A stretch of DNA of 56,970 bases from a virus. Taxonomy: Duplodnaviria > Caudoviricetes. A model generated the notes under the pieces. The model saw only the letters and a list, made by a program, of their open reading frames with translations, made no database searches and had not been told where the DNA came from. The DNA is taken from positions 1-56,970 of IMG/VR virus record IMGVR_UViG_3300049436_000157; one strand, written 5' to 3'. Shown here one piece after another: positions 14,005 to 23,628 of this stretch (position 1 is the first letter of the stretch; each line of letters opens with the position of its first letter). The position numbers and the translations under genes were made by a program.

Positions 14005-15066
14005 ATTAACTACTACGAACATCACATCAGAGACTACGACACGGCCACCGCCCACCTGACGTGGGAGCAGGATCTGGCCTACCGGCGCCTGATCGCGTGG
14101 TACTACCGCAAGGAGGCACCGATCCCGGGCGACATCAAGGAAGCCTGCCGCCAGGTACGGGCCGTCACAAAGCCCCAGCGCGATGCCGTGGCCACCGTCC
14201 TGGCAGAGTTCTTCGACCTGGCGGACGACGGCTGGCACAACGGAACTTGCGACGAGGTGATCGCAGCATTTCACGCCGGAGAGCCCGAGCGGGAGGCGAA
14301 GAAGCGGAACGAGGACACGCGCCTAGCCAAGCATAGAGCCGAGCGGTCAGAGCTTTTCGGGATCATCAACGCCGCAGGAATCCACCTGCCTTGGAATACC
14401 AAGATGGAGGAGTTGCGGACCGTTGCAGACCGGGTTCGGTACGGGAGACCTGAAACACCTGCAACGGCACCTGAAACAAAAACTGCAACGCCTGCAACGC
14501 AACCTGCAACGGCACCTGCAACGCCTGCAACGGCTACCCAGACACCAATACCCAATACCCAATACCCAGAAGGTAAACCTAACTCCGAACAAACGACGTC
14601 AACGACGATACCCGTGTCAACCGCGCAACCTCCCCCGTCGTCGTCGCCGGGATTCGATTCGAGAGCCGAGTCCGTCTGCGCGGTCTTGCGAAAGCTCGAG
14701 GAGGACAGAGGCAAGCGCTGCACGATCCACGCCAAGCACCCGAAGGTGCTGCGATGGGTAGAGGCCGGGATGACGGACGCAGACCTGCGCCAGGCCTACG
14801 ACCTGGCTGTGGCCCAGCGGCATGAGGACGGCGACCAGACCCCCATCAATGCCGGATTCCTCGACCTGTTCGTCGCCAAGGTCATGAACCCCAAGGACTC
14901 GACGAGCGCGGTTACCGCAGTGGCCAAGGCCTGGCACCAGTCCGCCTCCGGGGTCGCTGCCAAGGCGGCGGAGTTGGGGCTGCCTCCGTACCACCCCGAC
15001 AAGTACCCGGGCGGTCAGCCTGAGTTCAAGACTCGTGTGCTTGCAGCGGCGGGGGTTGCACCGTGA
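14005..15066 (+). CDS. YdaU/DUF1376-family replication initiator (start at ATT 14005 or ATG 13966)
   Basis: NYYEHHIRDYDTATAHLTWEQDLAYRRLIAWYY signature; internal iterons; position after cro and the cII-like gene. Confidence 0.85.
   Translation: MNYYEHHIRDYDTATAHLTWEQDLAYRRLIAWYYRKEAPIPGDIKEACRQVRAVTKPQRDAVATVLAEFFDLADDGWHNGTCDEVIAAFHAGEPEREAKKRNEDTRLAKHRAERSELFGIINAAGIHLPWNTKMEELRTVADRVRYGRPETPATAPETKTATPATQPATAPATPATATQTPIPNTQYPEGKPNSEQTTSTTIPVSTAQPPPSSSPGFDSRAESVCAVLRKLEEDRGKRCTIHAKHPKVLRWVEAGMTDADLRQAYDLAVAQRHEDGDQTPINAGFLDLFVAKVMNPKDSTSAVTAVAKAWHQSASGVAAKAAELGLPPYHPDKYPGGQPEFKTRVLAAAGVAP
14449..14565 (+). repeat. Iteron-like repeats, probable replication origin
   Basis: About 8 copies of (C)CTG(C/A)AAC followed by tandem CCAATAC repeats, inside the initiator gene. 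Confidence 0.75.
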
Positions 15067-15293
15067 GCGACCACTCCGGACCACCGATCCGCCCACCCGA
15101 AGCCGATCCGACAGGCTGGACGCAGATCAGCGACATAGCCGTCCGAAAGGGCAGTTGGGTGATCGCCAAGCTGCGCACCGGCGGCCGCCTCGTCTTTCGG
15201 GCCTGGCGCGACATGGATCAGTTCCCGGCGTTTCACGACGCATCGCTGGCGAAGGTCAAGGCCTTTGTCGAATCGAAGGAGTCGAACCCATGA
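15063..15293 (+). CDS. Hypothetical protein
   Basis: GTGA/ATGA overlaps on both sides. Confidence 0.7.
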   Translation: MSDHSGPPIRPPEADPTGWTQISDIAVRKGSWVIAKLRTGGRLVFRAWRDMDQFPAFHDASLAKVKAFVESKESNP

Positions 15294-15562
15294 GCCCGGA
15301 AGACGAAGCGGATCTGCGCCGGCTGGTGCTGGCGGAGTACCACCGGACCCACGAGATGCAGGGGTCTGGCTGCGACGGCAAGGCCTCGTTCGATTCTCCG
15401 GACCTGGCGCGGGAGGTGGCCAAGCGCACCAGGGACATCCACGGTCGGCTGATGACCTACCGCTGCCGCTACTGCGGATCCTGGCACATCGGCAACCACC
15501 TGAGCCCGGCGGCGGCGAACCGCCGGCCGAAGGCCAAGGAATCGCAAAGGAGCATGGCGTGA
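15290..15562 (+). CDS. Small zinc-binding protein
   Basis: CDGKASF...YRCRYCGSWHIG; AAGGAG SD. Confidence 0.75.
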   Translation: MSPEDEADLRRLVLAEYHRTHEMQGSGCDGKASFDSPDLAREVAKRTRDIHGRLMTYRCRYCGSWHIGNHLSPAAANRRPKAKESQRSMA

Positions 15563-15801
15563 GGAACCAGAAATCCAGGATTCAGCTGCTGCGCTCGTTC
15601 AACCGCTGGCGCCGCGGAGGAAGGTGCGCGCCACCGATGGATCCGGCCCCGGTGGGCGACCTGATCGACTGGGCCATCGGCGTCTGCGAGGCGGCCGACA
15701 AGCTGGTCAATGGATCGGGCCGGCAGAAGCCCGATGTGGCGTACCGGACGCTGGAACAGGCGCTCAACGGCAAGGAGGGGAAACCGTGTCAGGACCAGTG
15801 A
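15559..15801 (+). CDS. Hypothetical protein
   Basis: AGGAG SD; GTGA overlap. Confidence 0.65.
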   Translation: MRNQKSRIQLLRSFNRWRRGGRCAPPMDPAPVGDLIDWAIGVCEAADKLVNGSGRQKPDVAYRTLEQALNGKEGKPCQDQ

Positions 15802-16205
15802 AGCTGACCATCATCGGCGAGCCCGCCAGCAAGGCCAACAGCCGCCAGATCGTGCTGATCAAGGGCGTTCCGAAGGTGATCAAGTCGCAGAAGGCCAGAG
15901 ACTTCGAGCGGGATGCGCTGCTCCAGATCCCGCCGGCGGCCAAGGTCATGTTCGACTGCCCGGTGCGCGTGAGCATGCGGATCTTCTACGCCACGGAGCG
16001 CCCCGATCTGGACGAGTCGGTGATCCTAGACGTGCTGCAGGCGAAGTTCGAAGGGTCCGGAAAAGAGCGCAAGTGCATCCGCCGGGGCGTGTATCACAAC
16101 GACCGGCAGGTCCGCGAGAAGCACGTCTTCCATGGAATCGACCGGGCCAAGCCGCGGGCGGAGATCGAGGTGGAGCCGATCGTGGAGCAAGGGAAGCTGC
16201 TGTGA
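15786..16205 (+). CDS. rusA: RusA-like Holliday junction resolvase
   Basis: PASKAN, RPDLD, ILDVL, NDRQV, PRAEIEV. Confidence 0.8.
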   Translation: MSGPVKLTIIGEPASKANSRQIVLIKGVPKVIKSQKARDFERDALLQIPPAAKVMFDCPVRVSMRIFYATERPDLDESVILDVLQAKFEGSGKERKCIRRGVYHNDRQVREKHVFHGIDRAKPRAEIEVEPIVEQGKLL

Positions 16206-16813
16206 CGACACGCAAGGCGGCCAAGCCGAAGAAGCCAGACAACTTGCCAGGCACCAGCAAGCGTGCTGCTCGAGATCGTGAGGCGATGTTCGTCGAGGCC
16301 TACCTGGCCAACGGAAGGAACGGGGCCCAGGCCGCTGTCGCCGCCGGCTTCGCCAAGACCGCAGCGAAGCGCCAAGCCTTGCGACTGCTCGACCGAGATA
16401 GCGTGCGGAAGGCGATCGAGGCCCGCCAGGAGGTGCTGGCGAAGAAGTACGAGCTGACCACCGACGGCGTGATCGGCGAACTGGCGAAGATTGTCCATGC
16501 CGACGTGCGCCAGCTGTTCGACGACGACGGCAGCCTGAAGCCGATTAGCGAGTGGCCGGACGCGATATCCGGGGCCGTGGCCTCGGTGGAGGTGGTCGAA
16601 GAGTTCGCGGGCACCGGCGCCAAGCGGGTGCAGATCGGCTGGGTGAAGAAGGTCAAGCTTTGGGACAAGAACCCTTCGATCGAGAAGGCGATGAAGTTCC
16701 TGGGCATGTTCGAGAAGGACAACAAGCAGAAGACCGACCCGCTGCGCGAGTTCCTGGCGGCGCTGCCTGGGGCGGTGATTGGTGTGGTTGAAGAGCCGGC
16801 CGGGGATGATTGA
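16202..16813 (+). CDS. terS: Terminase small subunit
   Basis: FVEAYLANGRNGAQAAVAAGF...A-x-RLL; KKVKLWDK...LGMF. Confidence 0.88.
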   Translation: MTTRKAAKPKKPDNLPGTSKRAARDREAMFVEAYLANGRNGAQAAVAAGFAKTAAKRQALRLLDRDSVRKAIEARQEVLAKKYELTTDGVIGELAKIVHADVRQLFDDDGSLKPISEWPDAISGAVASVEVVEEFAGTGAKRVQIGWVKKVKLWDKNPSIEKAMKFLGMFEKDNKQKTDPLREFLAALPGAVIGVVEEPAGDD

Positions 16814-16823
16814 GGAGACCACC

Positions 16824-17024
16824 ATGACCGACGACCAGTACGAGCGTGCGAAGGTGCTGCAAGGTGAAATCCGGAATCGAGAGTACATCCTGGCCAACAT
16901 CGAAGAAGACGAAAAGAATTGGATAGGGCTCCCGAAGGAGATGTTTGATCGGCATATGCAGGAGAAGCGGGCATTCGTGCAGGCAGAAATCGAACGCCTG
17001 AAGCAGGAATTCTCCGCGCTGTGA
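16824..17024 (+). CDS. Small hypothetical protein between terS and terL
   Basis: GAGGAG SD; GTGA overlap with terL. Confidence 0.7.
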   Translation: MTDDQYERAKVLQGEIRNREYILANIEEDEKNWIGLPKEMFDRHMQEKRAFVQAEIERLKQEFSAL

Positions 17025-18598
17025 CTGACGTCGCCATCGCCGCCGCCAATCTCTCCAACCCGCTGTGGAGGATCAACAACCTCTACAAGATCATCGTCAA
17101 AGGCGACGACGAGAACGACGACGGCCTGGTGGTGCAGTTCCGCATGAACCGCACCCAGCGGCGCATCGTGGCCAGGCTCTGGAACCGCAACCTGATCCTC
17201 AAGGCCCGGCAGCTCGGCTGCACTACCCTGATCGCCATCCTATGGCTCGACACGGCGCTGTTCTCGCATAGCCCAATCCGCTGCGGCATGATCGCCCAGG
17301 ACAAGGAGGCCGCTGAGTCGATCTTCCGCGACAAGGTGAAGTTCGCCTACATGAACCTGCCCGAGAGCCTGCGCGCGGCCATGCCGCTGGCCAGGGACTC
17401 AGCCTCCGAGCTGCTGTTCGCCCACAACGGCTCGAGCATCCGCGTTGCCACCTCCATGCGCTCCGGAACGATCCACCGGCTGCATGTATCCGAGTTCGGG
17501 AAGATCTGCGCCCAGTCGCCTGACAAGGCTAAGGAGGTGGTGACCGGATCCATTCCCGCTGTGCCGAAGACCGGCATTGTGGTGATCGAGAGCACGGCCG
17601 AGGGCCGGGACGGAGCCTTCTACGACATGACCCAGCGGGCCCAGGCGCTACAGGAGCAGGGCGCCAAGCTGACGCAGAAGGACTACCGCTTCCACTTCTT
17701 CGCTTGGTGGGACGCGCCCGAGTACGAGATCGACCCCGAGGGCGTGCCGATCACCCAGGCCGACCACCGCTACTTCGATGAGGTGGAGGGGAAGACCGGC
17801 GCCAAGTTGTCGATGCGCAAGCGCGCCTGGTACGTGGCCACCCGGGAGGCGGACTTCAGCGGCGATGCCTCGCTGATGTGGCAAGAGTATCCGAGCACGC
17901 CGGAAGAAGCCTTCCAGGTCTCGACCGAGGGCTGCTACTACGCAACGCAGCTGGCCCGCGTGCGCAAGGAGGGCCGCATTGTCCGGGGAATCCCGGTTCT
18001 ACCTATCCCGGTCAACACCTTCTGGGACATCGGCCGCGGCGACATGACCAGCATCTGGAACCACCAGCACGCCAGCATGCAGCATCGCTTCCTGTCCTAC
18101 TACGAGAACTCAGGCGAGGATCTGGTCCACTACGTGCGCCACCTCCAGGAATGGGCCGCGACACGCAATGCGACCTTCGGCACCCACTACCTGCCGCACG
18201 AGGCGGACCACAGGCGCATCGGCGCCACGCCGGACACGTCGAAGACGATCAAGGAGATGCTGGAGGATCTGTGGCCCGGGCAGAAGTTCGAGATCGTGCC
18301 GCGGGTGACCAACCTGCAGGCCGGCATCGAGGCGACCCGGGCCGCCCTGGCGCTGGCTTGGTTCGACGAGGAGGGCACGTTCAAGGGGGTCAAGCGGGCG
18401 TCGAACTACCGGAAGCGCTGGAACACGGCCCAGGGCTGCTGGAGCGACGAGGAGGTGAGCGACGACAACGCCCACGGCGCGGATGCGCTCCGGCAATGGG
18501 CCCAGGAACTGGCGGCCGGGAACCAGTTCAAGAATGGGATGGCGTCTGGGGTGCGGCGCAATGTGGCGCGGCGTAGTGGATCGGCGATGGCGAGATGA
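17021..18598 (+). CDS. terL: Terminase large subunit
   Basis: LKARQLGCTT (Walker A), LHVSE (Walker B), IESTAEG, WDIG nuclease motif, HGADA. Confidence 0.95.
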   Translation: MTDVAIAAANLSNPLWRINNLYKIIVKGDDENDDGLVVQFRMNRTQRRIVARLWNRNLILKARQLGCTTLIAILWLDTALFSHSPIRCGMIAQDKEAAESIFRDKVKFAYMNLPESLRAAMPLARDSASELLFAHNGSSIRVATSMRSGTIHRLHVSEFGKICAQSPDKAKEVVTGSIPAVPKTGIVVIESTAEGRDGAFYDMTQRAQALQEQGAKLTQKDYRFHFFAWWDAPEYEIDPEGVPITQADHRYFDEVEGKTGAKLSMRKRAWYVATREADFSGDASLMWQEYPSTPEEAFQVSTEGCYYATQLARVRKEGRIVRGIPVLPIPVNTFWDIGRGDMTSIWNHQHASMQHRFLSYYENSGEDLVHYVRHLQEWAATRNATFGTHYLPHEADHRRIGATPDTSKTIKEMLEDLWPGQKFEIVPRVTNLQAGIEATRAALALAWFDEEGTFKGVKRASNYRKRWNTAQGCWSDEEVSDDNAHGADALRQWAQELAAGNQFKNGMASGVRRNVARRSGSAMAR

Positions 18599-18915
18599 GA
18601 TATTCGACAAGAATCCGGAGCATCTCCATGGTAGTCAGGAGAGCTAAATCAGGTGTCGTTGATCACTTGGTTGAAATACGTGGGCTTTGGCTGTTCGGTG
18701 GTGCTCTGCGCGGGCAGGACTGCGGTGATATCGATATCGCCTTTGACTTCTCGACTGTTGGCAAGAATCCAGTATGGAGACCTGGTAATACTTGGCGTTG
18801 CCCAGAAAATGTGACGATTGCCCTAATAGAGTTGAGAAGAGGGATCAAGAGAATTGACTTTCATCCTCTTGATGAGATTGAAAGGCTTGGTGCCATCAAG
18901 ATGCGCTTGGTATGA
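18595..18915 (+). CDS. Minimal nucleotidyltransferase-like protein (low-GC insertion)
   Basis: LWLFGGALRG...GDIDIAF resembles the pol-beta hG[GS]..DxD motif; visibly AT-richer than the flanks. Confidence 0.55.
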   Translation: MRYSTRIRSISMVVRRAKSGVVDHLVEIRGLWLFGGALRGQDCGDIDIAFDFSTVGKNPVWRPGNTWRCPENVTIALIELRRGIKRIDFHPLDEIERLGAIKMRLV

Positions 18916-19364
18916 CCACCATCGCCTGGGACGGGACCACCCTTGCCGCCGACCGGTGCAGCTGGGCCGGAAGCGGAATCCGCAGGCGCGCCCGCAAGGT
19001 GTTCAAGGTGAAGGCAGCGGATGGCCGCCTGTTCCTGGTGGCATTTGCTGGTAATGGCGCCTTCGCCCTAGCGGTTCTCGACTGGATGCGCGGTAATCGA
19101 GAGGCTCCGTTCTTCAGGGACTACATGAACGACGGCAGTCCGGACGATACCTGCTGCGTCTGCATCGACGAGCGGCGGCGCGTCTGGGTGCTCAATGCCA
19201 GGCTGTCGTGGATCCAATTTCCAGAGAAGGTGTTTTCCACCGGCGCCGGCCAGGAGTTCGCCTGGGGCGCCCTGGAGGCCGGAGCCTCGGCCAGGCGCGC
19301 GATCGAGATCGCCATGAAGCGCAGCGACTATGCCGGCCTAGGGGTGGATTGCGTAAGGTTCTGA
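18912..19364 (+). CDS. Ntn-hydrolase (proteasome beta/HslV-like) protein
   Basis: N-terminal MTTIAW..LAAD, K, AFAG, STGAG..FA-x-GAL..A..A-x-EIA. Confidence 0.75.
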   Translation: MTTIAWDGTTLAADRCSWAGSGIRRRARKVFKVKAADGRLFLVAFAGNGAFALAVLDWMRGNREAPFFRDYMNDGSPDDTCCVCIDERRRVWVLNARLSWIQFPEKVFSTGAGQEFAWGALEAGASARRAIEIAMKRSDYAGLGVDCVRF

Positions 19365-19374
19365 CCGCCTGATT

Positions 19375-19397
19375 CTCGCGCCATGCGTGGCAGTCTG
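19375..19397 (+). promoter_or_regulatory. Late-gene motif, copy 1
   Basis: CTCGCGCCATGCGTGGCAGTCT, intergenic, upstream of the pre-portal gene. Confidence 0.6.
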
Positions 19398-19426
19398 CCG
19401 GCCAATCCACACGGAGCCGCCGGCAC

Positions 19427-19846
19427 ATGGGAGCAGTCCTCGACCTTTCCAAGGCCTTCAAGCATCGCCAGCACGGCGACCTGCTGGCCATCTACACCTG
19501 GTTCAACGATGAGCGGGCCCTGATCCTGCTCCCCGCCTACCGGAAGAACGCGGCCTGGTTCATCATCCTCGAGCCCGCGGCCTGGAAGTACGACAACCCG
19601 CGCTATCTGGCCCAGCAGGCCGTCAAGGCCTGCGAGGTGGTGGGCATCGAGCCTTCGACCGCGAACTGGCGCCGCATCGCCAACATCATCATCGAGGGCC
19701 TTCCCGACCTGATCGAGATGCCCAGCCAGCCGGATCCGGTCCTGTCCAGGGCGACCATCGGGGAAATGAAGCTCTTCGCCGACGGCGAGCTGCTGGGCGG
19801 CGAGGAAATCCGCCTGGAGGTGGAGACCGGGGCGACCTATGGGTGA
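19427..19846 (+). CDS. Hypothetical protein upstream of the portal
   Basis: GGAG SD; strong codon bias. Confidence 0.8.
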   Translation: MGAVLDLSKAFKHRQHGDLLAIYTWFNDERALILLPAYRKNAAWFIILEPAAWKYDNPRYLAQQAVKACEVVGIEPSTANWRRIANIIIEGLPDLIEMPSQPDPVLSRATIGEMKLFADGELLGGEEIRLEVETGATYG

Positions 19847-22520
19847 GCCCTACGAAATCGGTGTCCGCCATCGGGCGGCCGGCGATCACTACTCCGACTG
19901 GATCGACGAGCGCGCCGACGAGGCGAACATGCTGCCGGCCGGCCACCTGGACTCGCCGCAGTCGCGCAAAGTTCACCGGCGCCTCATGGACTGGTTCTTC
20001 CATGAGCGGTCCAAGCAGGCCGAGAACCGGATGGAGATGGCGCTGGACGCCGACTTCTACGACGGCCTGCAGTGGGATCCGGATGATGCGCAGATCCTGT
20101 CCGACCGCGGCCAGATGCCCCTCGTGTTCAACGAGGTGGCGCCGATGGTCGATTGGCTGATCGGCACCGAGCGCCGGACCCGGGTGGATTGGCGGGTGCT
20201 GCCCCGCACCGAGGACGACGTGTCGCTGGCCGACGTGAAGACCAAGGCATTGAAGTACGTGTCGGACGTCAATCGGGTTCCCTTCGTGCGCTCCAGGGCC
20301 TTCGCCGATTCCGTCAAGGTGGGCGTCGGCTGGGTCGATGACGGGGCCCGGGACGATCCAACCAAGGACATCCTCTATTCCCGCTACGAGGACTGGCGGA
20401 ACGTGCTCTGGGATTCCTCGAGCTACGAGCTGGACCTGTCCGATGCGCGCTTCGTGTTTCGCTGGCGCTGGGTGGATGCGGATATCGCGGCCATGATGTT
20501 CCCGGCCCGCAAGGAACAGATCCGCCGCTCCGTCATTGACGCCGGCACCAGTACCGAGCAGCAACTGGACGCCGACTGGTACCTGGGCGAGCCCCTGTCC
20601 AGCAGCGGCACGCTCTACGCCTCCGGCTCCGGTGTGTATGGGGACGCCAGCAGGCGCCGCATCAAGCTGATCGAGTGCCAGTTCCGCATGCCCACCAAGG
20701 TGCAGATCATCGCCGACGGGCCAATGAAGGGTGTTTTCTTCAACCCGACCGATATTGCCCTCGCTTCCGCGCTCGAGCAGGAGCCGGTGTCGATGATCGA
20801 GAAGGTGATGATGCGCATGCACTTCGCGGTCTTCACCGAGTCTGACTTGATCGCCATGGCGCCGTCGTTCTACCGGCACAATCACTTCACCCTGACGCCA
20901 ATCTGGTGCTATCGCCGCGGCAAGGATCGCCTCCCCTACGGCGCAATCCGCCGCGTCAGGGACATCCAGCGCGACATGAACAAGCGGGCCTCGAAGGCCC
21001 TGTTCCTGTTCAACTCCAACCAGATCATCATGGACAAAGGTGCCGTCGATGACACCGATGCCTTGAGGGAGGAGGCGCAAGCGCCTGACGGCATCATCGA
21101 GAAGGCGGTAGGGAAGGTTCTGGAGATCCGCCGCGATTCCGAGGCAGCTGCCGGCCAGGTCGAGATGATGACCCTCGACGCCAACGCCATTCAGAGAACG
21201 GCCGGCGTCACCGACGAGAATCTGGGGCGGAAGACCAACGCGGTATCCGGCAAGGCCATCGAGGCCCGGCAGCTTCAGGGGTCCGTGGTCACCACTGAGC
21301 CTTTCGACAACCTGCGCTTCGCCACGCAAGTCCAGGGTGAAAAGCAGGTGGCGCTGATCGAGCAGTTCTACACCGAGGCCAAGGTTCTGCGGCTGACCGG
21401 CGCGAAGGGCGCGCTTGAGTGGGTGCGCATCAACCAGCCGGAGATGCAGGCCGACGGCTCGGTGCGCTACCTCAACGACGTGACCGCCAGCCAGGCAGAT
21501 TTCATCGTCTCGGAGCAGGACTACGCCGGCACGCTGCGCCAGGTGATGTTCGAGGGCATCGCCGGAATGGCCCAGAAGCTGCCGCCGGAGATCGCCATCC
21601 GCCTGTTCATCATCGCCATGGAGTTCTCGGACCTGCCGAACAAGGACGAGATCGCCGACGCGGTGCGCAAGGTGATCGGGGAGCGCGACCCGAACAAGCC
21701 GATGACGCCGGAGGAGGCCCAGCAGATGGAGCAGCAGATGACTGCCCAGGCCGAAGCCCTCCAGATGCAGCGCGAGATGGCCATCGCCGCCCTGGACGAG
21801 CAGAAGGCCAAGGTGGCCAAGCTCAACGCCGAGGCCCAGAAGATCCTCGCCGAGGCGCAAGCAGCCGGATCCGTTGTGGATCCAGCCATGGAACAGGCGC
21901 TGCGCCAGATTCAGGAGCAGGCGACCGCCAAGCTCGAGGCGATGGCCGACCAGCTGCGCAAGGTGCAGGCCGAGGCCGCCAACAAGACCCTGGCGATCAA
22001 CAAGGATGCCGACGTGAAGCTGGAAGCCGCCCGGATCGATGCCGCCAGCCGGGAGCGGGTGGCGGAGATCCAGAACGCGGCGGCCAAGCAGATGGATGGC
22101 TTCATGGGTCGCATCGAGGCCCTCGCCCAGTCTGTGGGCGACGTGGCGAAGCAGGCCCAGGAGGCGAACCGCGCCGCGGAGAAGGCGGCCAAAACAGCCG
22201 AGCAGGCGGGTAAGAGCGCCGACGACGCCGCCAGCCAGGCCAAGGAAGCCGGGAAAACTGCCGAGCAGGCAGCGAAGACCGCCGAGAAGGTGGGCAGCGA
22301 AGTGGAGAAGGTGGGTCAGGCGGTGAAGGAATCTGCCGCCAAGGAGCCCGCAAAGGCAGAGCCAGCCCCGCCGCCGCAGATCACCGTGCCGATCACCCTG
22401 GAGGCCGGCGCAATACAGGTCGATGCCCGGCCAGCTGGTGGCGCCAAGACCATCACCCTGACCGCCGGCGACCAGAAGGTCACCGGGACCATCACCACTG
22501 ACAAGGAGCCGACGAAGTGA
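19839..22520 (+). CDS. Portal protein with a long coiled-coil C-terminus
   Basis: DFYDGLQW..RGQMPLVFN, GVGW, YGAIRRVRDIQRDMNKR, AVSGKAIEARQ (P22-like portal). Confidence 0.92.
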   Translation: MGEPYEIGVRHRAAGDHYSDWIDERADEANMLPAGHLDSPQSRKVHRRLMDWFFHERSKQAENRMEMALDADFYDGLQWDPDDAQILSDRGQMPLVFNEVAPMVDWLIGTERRTRVDWRVLPRTEDDVSLADVKTKALKYVSDVNRVPFVRSRAFADSVKVGVGWVDDGARDDPTKDILYSRYEDWRNVLWDSSSYELDLSDARFVFRWRWVDADIAAMMFPARKEQIRRSVIDAGTSTEQQLDADWYLGEPLSSSGTLYASGSGVYGDASRRRIKLIECQFRMPTKVQIIADGPMKGVFFNPTDIALASALEQEPVSMIEKVMMRMHFAVFTESDLIAMAPSFYRHNHFTLTPIWCYRRGKDRLPYGAIRRVRDIQRDMNKRASKALFLFNSNQIIMDKGAVDDTDALREEAQAPDGIIEKAVGKVLEIRRDSEAAAGQVEMMTLDANAIQRTAGVTDENLGRKTNAVSGKAIEARQLQGSVVTTEPFDNLRFATQVQGEKQVALIEQFYTEAKVLRLTGAKGALEWVRINQPEMQADGSVRYLNDVTASQADFIVSEQDYAGTLRQVMFEGIAGMAQKLPPEIAIRLFIIAMEFSDLPNKDEIADAVRKVIGERDPNKPMTPEEAQQMEQQMTAQAEALQMQREMAIAALDEQKAKVAKLNAEAQKILAEAQAAGSVVDPAMEQALRQIQEQATAKLEAMADQLRKVQAEAANKTLAINKDADVKLEAARIDAASRERVAEIQNAAAKQMDGFMGRIEALAQSVGDVAKQAQEANRAAEKAAKTAEQAGKSADDAASQAKEAGKTAEQAAKTAEKVGSEVEKVGQAVKESAAKEPAKAEPAPPPQITVPITLEAGAIQVDARPAGGAKTITLTAGDQKVTGTITTDKEPTK

Positions 22521-22789
22521 AGATCCCGCGCATGTCCGACTGGCTGCTGATCGCCATCATCCTGGCCGTCGTCATCTACCTGGTGGCCCCGCATCAGCTG
22601 CCGGTTACGCTGTACAAGCTCTCCTTGGTCTCCCTGGCCGCGGTGGCCGGGTACTGGGCCGACCGATCGACCTTCCCCTACGCCAGGCCTGACATCTTCT
22701 GGGGGAAGGACACGCTGTTTGCCGCGGCCATGATCCGGCGGGCCATCATCATGGCCGCCTTCGTGGTGGCGGTGTCCCTGGGCGCGTAG
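22517..22789 (+). CDS. Putative holin
   Basis: 2-3 TM segments; GYWADRSTFPYARP..RRAII; precedes the endolysin. Confidence 0.85.
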   Translation: MKIPRMSDWLLIAIILAVVIYLVAPHQLPVTLYKLSLVSLAAVAGYWADRSTFPYARPDIFWGKDTLFAAAMIRRAIIMAAFVVAVSLGA

Positions 22790-22792
22790 GCC

Positions 22793-23446
22793 ATGTGCCA
22801 GGTCAATCACAGCCGCGTGACGTTCTGGGTATCGGTGGTGATCGCCGCCCTGATCATCTCGATCGGCTACGCCTGCGGCGCAGAGATCCCGGCTGACGCC
22901 AACAAGTACCGGCGCGACCTGACCCGCAACGCCCACATGATCTGGGGCCTCTCCGCCCCAGTGGCCACCTTCGCCGCCCAGATCCACCAGGAATCTGGCT
23001 GGCGGCCGGACGCGAGGAGCGCCTATGCCTACGGACTCTCTCAATTCACGCCCGGCACTGCCGAATGGATTGGCACTCTGGACCCTGTACTGGCATGGGC
23101 TGACGCTGGCAACCCTGTTTGGGCTCTCCGCGCTCTGGTGCGCTACGACCGCTGGCTGTGGGATCGCACTACCGTGGCGTCTGCGGCCACGCCTTGTGAT
23201 CGTATGGCGTTCTCCCTGTCGGGCTACAACGGCGGGATCGGCTATGTCATCCGTGAGCAGCGCCTTGCGGCCTCGGCCGGCCTTGCGCCTGATCGCTGGT
23301 GGCAGAACGTCGAACTGACCTGCGTCAAGTCAAGGGCCGAATGGGCCTGCGAGGAAAACCGCGGCTATCCGCGGCGGATCCTGTTGCGCCTGGAGCCGGT
23401 CTATGCCAGGGCCGGGTGGGGCCTCGGTGTGGGGTGCGCGCAATGA
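22793..23446 (+). CDS. SLT-type lytic transglycosylase endolysin with N-terminal TM
   Basis: AQIHQES, GLSQFTP-x-T, YNGG, ENRGY. Confidence 0.9.
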   Translation: MCQVNHSRVTFWVSVVIAALIISIGYACGAEIPADANKYRRDLTRNAHMIWGLSAPVATFAAQIHQESGWRPDARSAYAYGLSQFTPGTAEWIGTLDPVLAWADAGNPVWALRALVRYDRWLWDRTTVASAATPCDRMAFSLSGYNGGIGYVIREQRLAASAGLAPDRWWQNVELTCVKSRAEWACEENRGYPRRILLRLEPVYARAGWGLGVGCAQ

Positions 23447-23628
23447 ATACGCTGCGCTTCATGGGCTGGCTGACGCTGATCATGTTGATCAGCATGCAGA
23501 TCGCCTCCGGCCTGGCTCTGGTCAAGGACGCCATCACGTGGCGCGACTATCTGTCCCTCTGGGCGCCGATCCTGACCATGGCCATGGGCTACTGGTTCGG
23601 CAAGCAGCAGTCCGGGGGTACGCCATGA
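23443..23628 (+). CDS. Small two-TM protein
   Basis: Two hydrophobic helices ending GYWFG; ATGA overlaps. Confidence 0.7.
   Translation: MNTLRFMGWLTLIMLISMQIASGLALVKDAITWRDYLSLWAPILTMAMGYWFGKQQSGGTP

Noticed and set aside
19689-21860. Long antisense ORFs (also 29449-31065, 47635-49581, 54682-56073)
   Set aside because: Expected shadows of GC3-biased genes; no motifs.
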